From contig OZ193910.1 of NCBI GenBank assembly GCA_964276515.1, positions 6,634,001-6,698,000 of the forward strand: DNA of 64,000 nt. Direction: 5' to 3'. The position numbers and the translations under genes are program-made. The notes under the pieces were generated by a model, which worked only from the letters and a program-made list of their open reading frames with translations, was not told the DNA's origin and ran no database searches. The first letter of the stretch is position 1, and every line of letters starts with the position of its first letter. This DNA is from Gordius albopunctatus (Eukaryota). Positions 1 to 11,500 of the stretch are shown here, in pieces.

Positions 1-45
1 GTACTTGGATGGGTGACCGCTTGGGAATCCCGGGTGTTGTAACCT
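1..45 (+). rRNA. 5S rRNA, 3' part (cut by window edge)
   Basis: GTACTTGGATGGGTGACCGCTTGGGAATCCCGGGTGTTGTAACCT = positions ~75-119 of the array 5S gene. Confidence 0.95.
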
Positions 46-433
46 TTTTAAATATTTTTTTGAATCCAGTTACGATCAGGGGCGATCCTTAGCACACAGC
101 GGACGCCGTAGGAATACATTTGTGAATTAATTTTTAATTCTAGGCGCCATTATATAGGAGATTTAGGGATTTTAGAGTATTTTGCGTCGGGCAGAATGCT
201 AGGTGTCCGTCCTCAACGGAATTGGCGTAGTGGCGTCTGAAAGGGAGTAAGTAAATCTGGAACGCGATAATGAAACTGTTTCGAGCTGTATAATTACTAC
301 CAACAATCAAAAAGTTAAATATTTTACGTATTGCGTCATCGATTACGACAAAATACACAAATTTCGATGCTCTCGCGTCAATTTTAAGTGATAAAATATG
401 GGTGGGAAATAAAAAAGTAAGAATCTTGCCTGA

Positions 434-464
434 TTTATAAGCACAATTTTCGCTTTAAATCTAC
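434..464 (+). promoter_or_regulatory. 5S upstream elements (repeated in every unit): TATA-like TTTATAA at -31..-25, GC at -13, C at -1
   Basis: TTTATAA at 434-440, GC at 452-453 and C at 464 relative to +1=465. This matches the upstream layout described for many eukaryotic 5S genes. Function is inferred. Confidence 0.65.
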
Positions 465-583
465 GGTTACGACCATATCACGTTGAAAACACCGGTTCCC
501 TTCCGAACACCGAAGTTAAGCAACGTTGAGCCCGGTTAGTACTTGGATGGGTGACCGCTTGGGAATCCCTGGTGTTGTAACCT
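465..583 (+). rRNA. 5S rRNA (first complete copy; G106T)
   Basis: Helix I GGTTACGAC pairs with GTTGTAACC; Box A AGTTAAGC at +50; loop E TTAGTA; Box C GGATGGG at +81; followed by T5. Confidence 0.97.
514..561 (+). promoter_or_regulatory. Pol III type-1 internal control region (Box A / intermediate element / Box C), present in each copy
   Basis: +50 AGTTAAGCAACGTTG ... +80 TGGATGGGTGACCG. Numbering coincides with the classical Xenopus 5S ICR (TFIIIA site). Confidence 0.85.
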
Positions 584-599
584 TTTTAAATATTTTTTT
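583..599 (+). terminator. Pol III terminator: T5 followed by a backup T7 run (each unit)
   Basis: ...GTAACC TTTTT AAATA TTTTTTT G. Some copies have T4 in the first run. Confidence 0.9.
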
Positions 600-1001
600 G
601 AATCCAGTTACGATCAAGGGCGATCCTTAGCACATAGGGGACGCCGTAGGAATACATTTGTGAATTAATTTTTAATTCTAGGCGCCATTTTATAGGAGAT
701 TTAGGGATTTTAGAGTATTTTGCGTCGGGCAGAATGCTAGGTGTCCGTCCTCAACGGAATTGGCGTATAGCGTCTGAAAGTGAGTAAGTAAACCGAAAAC
801 GCGATAATGAAACTGTTTCGAGTTGTATAATTACTACCAACAATCAAAAAGTTAAATATTCCACGTAATGCGTCATCGATTACGACAAAATACACACATT
901 TCGATGCTCTCGCGTAAATTTTAAGTGATAAAATATGGGTGGGAAATAAAAAAGTAAGAATCTTGCCTGATTTATAAGCACAATTTTCGCTTTAAATCTA
1001 C

Positions 1002-1118
1002 GGTCTACCATATCACGTTGAAAACACCGGTTCCCTTCCGAACACCGAAGTTAAGCAACGTTGAGCCCGGTTAGTACTTGGATGGGTGACCGCTTGGGAA
1101 TCCCGGGTGTTGTAACCT
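1002..1118 (+). pseudogene. 5S variant with disrupted 5' end (GGTCTACC instead of GGTTACGACC); same variant at 2075, 2611, 4221, 5294
   Basis: 2 nt shorter and helix I pairing is broken, while the ICR and terminator are intact. Confidence 0.65.
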
Positions 1119-1536
1119 TTTTAAATATTTTTTTGAATCCAGTTACGATCAAGGGCGATCCTGAGCACATAGGGGACGCCGTAGGAATACATTTGTGAAT
1201 TAATTTTTAATTCTAGGCGCCATTTTATAGGAGATTTAGGGATTTTAGAGTATTTTGCGTCGGGCAGAATGCTAGGTGTCCGTCCTCAACGGAATTGGCG
1301 TATAGCGTCTGAAAGGGAGTAAGTAAACCGAAAACGCGATAATGAAACTGTTTCGAGCTGTATAATTACTACCAACAATCAAAAAGTTAAATATTCCACG
1401 TAATGCGTCATCGATTACGACAAAATACACACATTTCGATGCTCTCGCGTAAATTTTAAGTGATAAAATATGGGTGGGAAATAAAAAAGTAAGAATCTTG
1501 CCTGATTTATAAGCACAATTTTCGCTTTAAATCTAC

Positions 1537-1655
1537 GGTTACGACCATATCACGTTGAAAACACCGGTTCCCTTCCGAACACCGAAGTTAAGCAACGTTG
1601 AGCCCGGTTAGTACTTGGATGGGTGACCGCTTGGGAATCCCGGGTGTTGTAACCT
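1537..1655 (+). rRNA. 5S rRNA, consensus copy
   Basis: Exact match to the array consensus. Confidence 0.97.
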
Positions 1656-4600
1656 TTTTAAATATTTTTTTGAATCCAGTTACGATCAGGGGCGATCCTT
1701 AGCACACAGCGGACGCCGTAGGAATACATTTGTGAATTAATTTTTAATTCTAGGCGCCATTATATAGGAGATTTAGGGATTTTAGAGTATTTTGCGTCGG
1801 GCAGAATGCTAGGTGTCCGTCTTCAACGGAATTGGCGTAGTGGCGTCTGAAAGGGAGTAAGTAAATCTGGAACGCGATAATGAAACTGTTTCGAGCTGTA
1901 TAATTACTACCAACAATCAAAAAGTTAAATATTTTACGTATTGCGTCATCGATTACGACAAAATACACAAATTTCGATGCTCTCGCGTCAATTTTAAGTG
2001 ATAAAATATGGATGGGAAATAAAAAAGTAAGAATCTTGATTGATTTATAAGCACAATTTTCGCTTTAAATCTACGGTCTACCATATCACGTTGAAAACAC
2101 CGGTTCCCTTCCGAACACCGAAGTTAAGCAACGTTGAGCCCGGTTAGTACTTGGATGGGTGACCGCTTGGGAATCCCGGGTGTTGTAACCTTTTTAAATA
2201 TTTTTTTGAATTCAGTTACGATCAGGGGCGATCCTTAGCACATAGGGGACGCCGTAGGAATACATTTGTGAATTAATTTTTAATTCTAGGCGCCATTTTA
2301 TAGGAGATTTAGGGATTTTAGAGTATTTTGCGTCGGGCAGAATGCTAGGTGTCCGCCCTCAACGGAATTGGCGTAGTGGTGTCTGAAAGGGAGTAAGTAA
2401 ACCGAGAACGCGATAATGAAACTGTTTCGAGCTGTATAATTACTACCAACAATCAAAAAGTTAAATATTCCACGTATTGCGTCACGGATTACGACAAAAT
2501 ACACACATTTCGATGCTCTCGCGTAAATTTTAAGTGATAAAATATGGGTGGGAAATAAAAAAGTAAGAATCTTGCCTGATTTATAAGCACAATTTTCGCT
2601 TTAAATCTACGGTCTACCATATCACGTTGAAAACACCGGTTCCCTTCCGAACACCGAAGTTAAGCAACGTTGAGCCCGGTTAGTACTTGGATGGGTGACC
2701 GCTTGGGAATCCCGGGTGTTGTAACCTTTTTAAATATTTTTTTGAATCCAGTTACGATCAAGGGCGATCCTGAGCACATAGGGGACGCCGTAGGAATACA
2801 TTTGTGAATTAATTTTTAATTCTAGGCGCCATTTTATAGGAGATTTAGGGATTTTAGAGTATTTTGCGTCGGGCAGAATGCTAGGTGTCCGTCCTCAACG
2901 GAATTGGCGTATAGCGTCTGAAAGGGAGTAAGTAAACAGAGAACGCGATAATGAAACTGTTTCGAGCTGTATAATTACTACCAACAATCAAAAAGTTAAA
3001 TATTCCACGTAATGCGTCATCGATTACGACAAAATACACACATTTCGATGCTCTCGCGTAAATTTTAAGTGATAAAATATGGGTGGGAAATAAAAAAGTA
3101 AGAATCTTGCCTGATTTATAAGCACAATTTTCGCTTTAAATCTACGGTTACGACCATATCACGTTGAAAACACCGGTTCCCTTCCGAACACCGAAGTTAA
3201 GCAACGTTGAGCCCGGTTAGTACTTGGATGGGTGACCGCTTGGGAATCCCGGGTGTTGTAACCTTTTTAAATATTTTTTTGAATCCAGTTACGATCAAGG
3301 GCGATCCTTAGCACATAGGGGACGCCGTAGGAATACATTTGTGAATTAATTTTTAATTCTAGGCGGCATTTTAAGGGAGATTTAGGGATTTTAGAGTATT
3401 TTGCGTCGGGCAGAATGCTAGGTGTCCGCCCTCAACGGAATTGGCGTAGTGGCGTCTGAAAGGGAGTAAGTAAACCGAAAACGCGATAATGAAACTGTTT
3501 CGAGCTGTATAATTACTACCAACAATCAAAAAGTTAAATATTCCACGTAATGCGTCATCGATTACGACAAAATACACACATTTCGATGCTCTCGCGTAAA
3601 TTTTAAGTGATAAAATATGGGTGGGAAATAAAAAAGTAAGAATCTTGCCTGATTTATAAGCACAATTTTCGCTTTAAATCTACGGTTACGACCATATCAC
3701 GTTGAAAACACCGGTTCCCTTCCGAACACCGAAGTTAAGCAACGTTGAGCCCGGTTAGTACTTGGATGGGTGACCGCTTGGGAATCCCTGGTGTTGTAAC
3801 CTTTTTAAATATTTTTTTGAATCCAGTTACGATCAAGGGCGATCCTTAGCACATAGGGGACGCCGTAGGAATACATTTGTGAATTAATTTTTAATTCTAG
3901 GCGCCATTTTATAGGAGATTTAGGGATTTTAGAGTATTTTGCGTCGGGCAGAATGCTAGGTGTCCGTCCTCAACGGAATTGGCGTATAGCGTCTGAAAGT
4001 GAGTAAGTAAACCGAAAACGCGATAATGAAACTGTTTCGAGTTGTATAATTACTACCAACAATCAAAAAGTTAAATATTCCACGTAATGCGTCATCGATT
4101 ACGACAAAATACACACATTTCGATGCTCTCGCGTAAATTTTAAGTGATAAAATATGGGTGGGAAATAAAAAAGTAAGAATCTTGCCTGATTTATAAGCAC
4201 AATTTTCGCTTTAAATCTACGGTCTACCATATCACGTTGAAAACACCGGTTCCCTTCCGAACACCGAAGTTAAGCAACGTTGAGCCCGGTTAGTACTTGG
4301 ATGGGTGACCGCTTGGGAATCCCGGGTGTTGTAACCTTTTTAAATATTTTTTTGAATCCAGTTACGATCAAGGGCGATCCTGAGCACATAGGGGACGCCG
4401 TAGGAATACATTTGTGAATTAATTTTTAATTCTAGGCGCCATTTTATAGGAGATTTAGGGATTTTAGAGTATTTTGCGTCGGGCAGAATGCTAGGTGTCC
4501 GTCCTCAACGGAATTGGCGTATAGCGTCTGAAAGGGAGTAAGTAAACCGAAAACGCGATAATGAAACTGTTTCGAGCTGTATAATTACTACCAACAATCA

Positions 4601-7600
4601 AAAAGTTAAATATTCCACGTAATGCGTCATCGATTACGACAAAATACACACATTTCGATGCTCTCGCGTAAATTTTAAGTGATAAAATATGGGTGGGAAA
4701 TAAAAAAGTAAGAATCTTGCCTGATTTATAAGCACAATTTTCGCTTTAAATCTACGGTTACGACCATATCACGTTGAAAACACCGGTTCCCTTCCGAACA
4801 CCGAAGTTAAGCAACGTTGAGCCCGGTTAGTACTTGGATGGGTGACCGCTTGGGAATCCCGGGTGTTGTAACCTTTTTAAATATTTTTTTGAATCCAGTT
4901 ACGATCAGGGGCGATCCTTAGCACACAGCGGACGCCGTAGGAATACATTTGTGAATTAATTTTTAATTCTAGGCGCCATTATATAGGAGATTTAGGGATT
5001 TTAGAGTATTTTGCGTCGGGCAGAATGCTAGGTGTCCGTCTTCAACGGAATTGGCGTAGTGGCGTCTGAAAGGGAGTAAGTAAATCTGGAACGCGATAAT
5101 GAAACTGTTTCGAGCTGTATAATTACTACCAACAATCAAAAAGTTAAATATTTTACGTATTGCGTCATCGATTACGACAAAATACACAAATTTCGATGCT
5201 CTCGCGTCAATTTTAAGTGATAAAATATGGATGGGAAATAAAAAAGTAAGAATCTTGATTGATTTATAAGCACAATTTTCGCTTTAAATCTACGGTCTAC
5301 CATATCACGTTGAAAACACCGGTTCCCTTCCGAACACCGAAGTTAAGCAACGTTGAGCCCGGTTAGTACTTGGATGGGTGACCGCTTGGGAATCCCGGGT
5401 GTTGTAACCTTTTTAAATATTTTTTTGAATTCAGTTACGATCAGGGGCGATCCTTAGCACATAGGGGACGCCGTAGGAATACATTTGTGAATTAATTTTT
5501 AATTCTAGGCGCCATTTTATAGGAGATTTAGGGATTTTAGAGTATTTTGCGTCGGGCAGAATGCTAGGTGTCCGTCCTCAACGGAATTGGCGTATAGCGT
5601 CTGAAAGGGAGTAAGTAAACCGAAAACGCGATAATGAAACTGTTTCGAGCTGTATAATTACTACCAACAATCAAAAAGTTAAATATTCCACGTATTGCGT
5701 CATCTATTACGACAAAATACACACATTTCGATGCTCTCGCGTAAATTTTAAGTGATAAAATATGGGTGGGAAATAAAAAAGTAAGAATCTTGCCTGATTT
5801 ATAAGCACAATTTTCGCTTTAAATCTACGGTTACGACCATATCACGTTGAAAACACCGGTTCCCTTCCGAACACCGAAGTTAAGCAACGTTGAGCCCGGT
5901 TAGTACTTGGATGGGTGACCGCTTGGGAATCCCGGGTGTTGTAACCTTTTTAAATATTTTTTTGAATCCAGTTACGATCAAGGGCGATCCTTAGCACATA
6001 GGGGACGCCGTAGGAATACATTTGTGAATTAATTTTTAATTCTAGGCGCCATTTTAAGGGAGATTTAGGGATTTTAGAGTATTTTGCGTCGGGCAGAATG
6101 CTAGGTGTCCGCCCTCAACGGAATTGGCGTAGTGGTGTCTGAAAGGGAGTAAGTAAATCGAGAACGCGATAATGAAACTGTTTCGAGTTGTATAATTACT
6201 ACCAACAATCAAAAAGTTAAATATTCCACGTAATGCGTCATCGATTACGACAAAATACACACATTTCGATGCTCTCGCGTAAATTTTAAGTGATAAAATA
6301 TGGGTGGGAAATAAAAAAGTAAGAATCTTGCCTGATTTATAAGCACAATTTTCGCTTTAAATCTACGGTTACGACCATATCACGTTGAAAACACCGGTTC
6401 CCTTCCGAACACCGAAGTTAAGCAACGTTGAGCCCGGTTAGTACTTGGATGGGTGACCGCTTGGGAATCCCGGGTGTTGTAACCTTTTTAAATATTTTTT
6501 TGAATCCAGTTACGATCAGGGGCGATCCTTAGCACACAGCGGACGCCGTAGGAATACATTTGTGAATTAATTTTTAATTCTAGGCGCCATTATATAGGAG
6601 ATTTAGGGATTTTAGAGTATTTTGCGTCGGGCAGAATGCTAGGTGTCCGTCCTCAACGGAATTGGCGTAGTGGCGTCTGAAAGGGAGTAAGTAAATCTGG
6701 AACGCGATAATGAAACTGTTTCGAGCTGTATAATTACTACCAACAATCAAAAAGTTAAATATTTTACGTATTGCGTCATCGATTACGACAAAATACACAA
6801 ATTTCGATGCTCTCGCGTCAATTTTAAGTGATAAAATATGGATGGGAAATAAAAAAGTAAGAATCTTGATTGATTTATAAGCACAATTTTCGCTTTAAAT
6901 CTACGGTTACGACCATATCTCGTTGAAAACACCGGTTCCCTTCCGAACACCGAAGTCAAGCAACGTTGAGCCCGGTTAGTACTTGGATGGGTGACCGCTT
7001 GGGAATCCCGGGTGTTGTAACCTTTTTAAATATTTTTTTGAATCCAGTTACGATCAGGGGCGATCCTTAGCACACAGCGGACGCCGTAGGAATACATTTG
7101 TGAATTAATTTTTAATTCTAGGCGCCATTATATAGGAGATTTAGGGATTTTAGAGTATTTTGCGTCGGGCTGAATGCTAGGTGTCCGTCCTCAACGGAAT
7201 TGGCGTAGTGGCGTCTGAAAGGGAGTAAGTAAATCTGGAACGCGATAATGAAACTGTTTCGAGCTGTATAATTACTACCAACAATCAAAAAGTTAAATAT
7301 TTTACGTATTGCGTCATCGATTACGACAAAATACACAAATTTCGATGCTCTCGCGTCAATTTTAAGTGATAAAATATGGGTGGGAAATAAAAAAGTAAGA
7401 ATCTTGCCTGATTTATAAGCACAATTTTCGCTTTAAATCTACGGTTACGACCATATCACGCTGAAAACACCGGTTCCCTTCCGAACACCGAAGTTAAGCA
7501 ACGTTGAGCCCGGTTAGTACTTGGATGGATGACCGCTTGGGAATCCCGTGTGTTGTAACCTTTTTAAATATTTTTAATCCAGTTACGATCAAGTGCGATC

Positions 7601-7781
7601 CTTAGCACATAGGGGACGCCGTAGGAATACATTTGTGAATTAATTTTTAATTCTAGGCGCCATTTTATAGGAGATTTAGGGATTTTAGAGTATTTTGCGT
7701 CGGGCAGAATGCTAGGTGTCCGTCCTCAACGGAATTGGCGTATAGCGTCTGAAAGGGAGTAAGTAAATCGAGAACGCGATA

Positions 7782-7981
7782 NNNNNNNNNNNNNNNNNNN
7801 NNNNNNNNNNNNNNNNNNNNNNNNNNNNNNNNNNNNNNNNNNNNNNNNNNNNNNNNNNNNNNNNNNNNNNNNNNNNNNNNNNNNNNNNNNNNNNNNNNNN
7901 NNNNNNNNNNNNNNNNNNNNNNNNNNNNNNNNNNNNNNNNNNNNNNNNNNNNNNNNNNNNNNNNNNNNNNNNNNNNNNNNN
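7782..7981. other. Assembly gap (200 N)
   Basis: Run of exactly 200 N. Repeat phase is not preserved across it (7443 to 8473 = 1030 bp, not ~1074), so the length is nominal. Confidence 0.99.
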
Positions 7982-8054
7982 CGAAGTTAAGCAACGTTGA
8001 GCCCAGATATTACTTGGATGGGTGACCGCTTGGGAATCCCGGGTGTTGTAACCT
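7982..8054 (+). rRNA. 5S rRNA, partial copy after the gap (loop-E variant CCCAGATATTAC)
   Basis: CGAAGTTAAGCAACGTTGAGCCCAGATATTACTTGGATGGG...GTAACC. Confidence 0.85.
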
Positions 8055-8472
8055 TTTAAAATATTTTTTTGAATCCAGTTACGATCAAGAGCGATCCTTA
8101 GCACATAGGGGACGCCGTAGGAATACATTTGTGAATTAATTTTTAATTCTAGGCGCCATTTTATAGGAGATTCAGGGATTTTAGAGTATTTTGCGTCGGG
8201 CAGAATGCTAGGTGTCCGTCCTCAACGGAATTGGCGTATAGCGTCTGAAAGGGAGTAAGTAAACCGAAAACGCGATAATGAAACTGTTTCGAGCTGTATA
8301 ATTACTACCAACAATCAAAAAGTTAAATATTCCACGTATTGCGTCATCGATTACGACAAAATACATACATTTCGATGCTCTCGCGTAAATTTTAAGTGAT
8401 AAAATATGGGTGGGAAATAAAAAAGTAACAATCTTGCCTGATTTATAAGCACAATTTTCGCTTTAAATCTAC

Positions 8473-8591
8473 GGTTACGACCATATCACGTTGAAAACAC
8501 CGGTTCCCTTCCGAACACCGAAGTTAAGCAACGTTGAGCCCGGTTAGTACTTGGATGGGTGACCGCTTGGGAATCCCGGGTGTTGTAACCT
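8473..8591 (+). rRNA. 5S rRNA, consensus copy (first complete copy after the gap)
   Basis: Exact match to the array consensus. Confidence 0.97.
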
Positions 8592-11500
8592 TTTTAAATA
8601 TTTTTTTGAATCCAGTTACGATCAAGTGCGATCCTTAGCACATAGGGGACGCCGTAGGAATACATTTGTGAATTAATTTTTAATTCTAGGCGCCATTTTA
8701 AGGGAGATTTAAGGATTTTAGAGTATTTTGCGTCGGGCAGAATGCTAGGTGTCCGTCCTCAACGGAATTGGCGTAGTGGCGTCTGAAAGGGAGTAAGTAA
8801 ACCGAGAACGCGATAATGAAACTGTTTCGAGCTGTATAATTACTACCAACAATCAAAAAGTTAAATATTCCACGTATTGCGTCACGGATTACGACAAAAT
8901 ACACACATTTCGATGCTCTCGCGTAAATTTTAAGTGATAAAATATGGGTGGGAAATAAAAAAGTAAGAATCTTGCCGGATTTATAAGCACAATTTTCGCT
9001 TTAAATCTACGGTTACGACCATATCACGTTGAAAACACCGGTTCCCTTCCGAACACAGAAGTTAAGCAACGTTGAGCCCGGTTAGTACTTGGTTGGGTGA
9101 CCGCTTGGGAATCCCGGGTGTTGTAACCTTTTGAAATATTTTTTCGAATCCAGTTACGATCAGGGGCGATCCTTAGCACATAGGGGACGCCGTAGGAATA
9201 CATTTGTGAATTAATTTTTAATTCTAGGCGCCATTTTATAGTAGATTTAGGGATTTTAGAGTATTTTGCGTCGGGCAGAATGCTAGGTGTCCGTCCTCAA
9301 CGGAATTGGCGTATAGCGTCTGAAAGGGAGTAAGTAAACCGAAAACGCGATAATGAAACTGTTTCGAGCTGTATAATTACTACCAACAATCAAAAAGTTA
9401 AATATTCCACGTAATGCGTCATCGATTACGACAAAATACACACATTTCGATGCTCTCGCGTAAATTTTAAGTGATAAAATATGGGTGGGAAATAAAAAAG
9501 TAAGAATCTTGCCTGATTTATAAGCACAATTTTCGCTTTAAATCTACGGTTACGACCATATCACTTTGAAAACACCGGTTCCCTTCCGAACACCGAAGTT
9601 AAGCAACGTTGAGCCCGGTTAGTACTTGGATGGGTGACCGCTTGGGAATCCCGGGTGTTGTAACCTTTTTAAATATTTTTTTGAATCCAGTTACGATCAA
9701 GGGCGATCCTTAGCACATAGGGGACGCCGTAGGAATACATTTGTGAATTAATTTTTAATTCTAGGCGCCATTTTATAGGAGATTTAGGGATTTTAGAGTA
9801 TTTTGCGTCGGGCAGAATGCTAGGTGTCCGTCCTCAACGGAATTGGCGTATAGCGTCTGAAAGGGAGTAAGTAAACCGAAAACGCGATAATGAAACTGTT
9901 TTGAGCTGTATAATTACTACCAACAATCAAAAAGTTAAATATTCCACGTAATGCGTCATCGATTACGACAAAATACACACATTTCGATGCTCTCGCGTAA
10001 ATTTTAAGTGATAAAATATGGGTGGGAAATAAAAAAGTAAGAATCTTGCCTGATTTATAAGCACAATTTTCGCTTTAAATCTACGGTTACGACCATATCA
10101 CGTTGAAAACACCGGTTCCCTTCCGAACACCGAAGTTAAGCAACGTTGAGCCCGGTTAGTACTTGGATGGGTGACCGCTTGGGAATCCCGGGTGTTGTAA
10201 CCTTTTTAAATATTTTTTTGAATCCAGTTACGATCAAGGGCGATCCTTAGCACATAGGGGACGCCGTAGGAATACATTTGTGAATTAATTTTTAATTCTA
10301 GGCGCCATTTTATAGGAGATTTAGGGATTTAAGAGTATTTTGCGTCGGGCAGAATGCTAGGTGTCCGTCCTCAACGGAATTGGCGTATAGCGTCTGAAAG
10401 GGAGTAAATAAACCGAAAACGCGATAATGAAACTGTTTGGAGCTGTATAATTACTACCAACAATCAAAAAGTTAAATATTCCACGTATTGCGTCACGGAT
10501 TACGACAAAATACACACATTTCGATGCTCTCGCGTAAATTTTAAGTGATAAAATATGGGTGGGAAATAAAAAAGTAAGAATCTTGCCTGATTTATAAGCA
10601 CAATTTTCGCTTTAAATCTACGGTTACGACCATATCACGTTGAAAACACCGGTTCCCTTCCGAACACCGAAGTTAAGCAACGTTGAGCCCGGTTAGTACT
10701 TGGATGGGTGACCGCTTGGGAATCCCGGGTGTTGTAACCTTTTTAAATATTTTTTTGAATCCAGTTACGATCAAGGGCGATCCTTAGCACATATGGGACG
10801 CCGTAGGAATACATTTGTGAATTAATTTTTAATTCTAGGCGCCATTTTAAGGGAGATTTAGGGATTTTAGAGTATTTTGCGTCGGGCAGAATGCTAGGTG
10901 TCCGTCCTCAACGGAATTGGCGTAGTGGCGTCTGAAAGGGAGTAAGTAAACCGAGAACGCGATAATGAAACTGTTTCGAGCTGTATAATTACTACCAACA
11001 ATCAAAAAGTTAAATATTCCACGTATTGCGTCACGGATTACGACAAAATACACACATTTCGATGCTCTCGCGTAAATTTTAAGTGATAAAATATGGGTGG
11101 GAAATAAAAAAGTAAGAATCTTGCCTGATTTATAAGCACAATTTTCGCTTTAAATCTACGGTTACGACCATATCACGTTGAAAACACCGGTTCCCTTCCG
11201 AACACCGAAGTTAAGCAACGTTGAGCCCGGTTAGTACTTGGATGGGTGACCGCTTGGGAATCCCGTGTGTTGTAACCTTTTTAAATATTTTTTTGAATCC
11301 AGTTACGATCAAGGGCGATCCTTAGAACATAGGGGACGCCGTAGGAATACATTTGTGAATTGATTTTTAATTCTAGGCGCCATTTTATAGGAGATTTAGG
11401 GATTTTAGAGTATTTTGCGTCGGGCAGAATGCTAGGTGTCCGTCCTCAACGGAATTGGCGTATAGCGTCTGAAAGGGAGTAAGTAAACCGAAAACGCGAT

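Noticed and set aside
600..1001. Linked U1/U2/U5/U6 snRNA or tRNA gene in the spacer
   Set aside because: Only a TACTTAC fragment resembling the U1 5' end was seen. There is no ATACTTACCTG, U2 5' end, U5 loop, ACAGAGA box or tRNA cloverleaf on either strand.
7665..8128. ORFs of 109 and 138 aa
   Set aside because: Artefacts of reading through the N gap.
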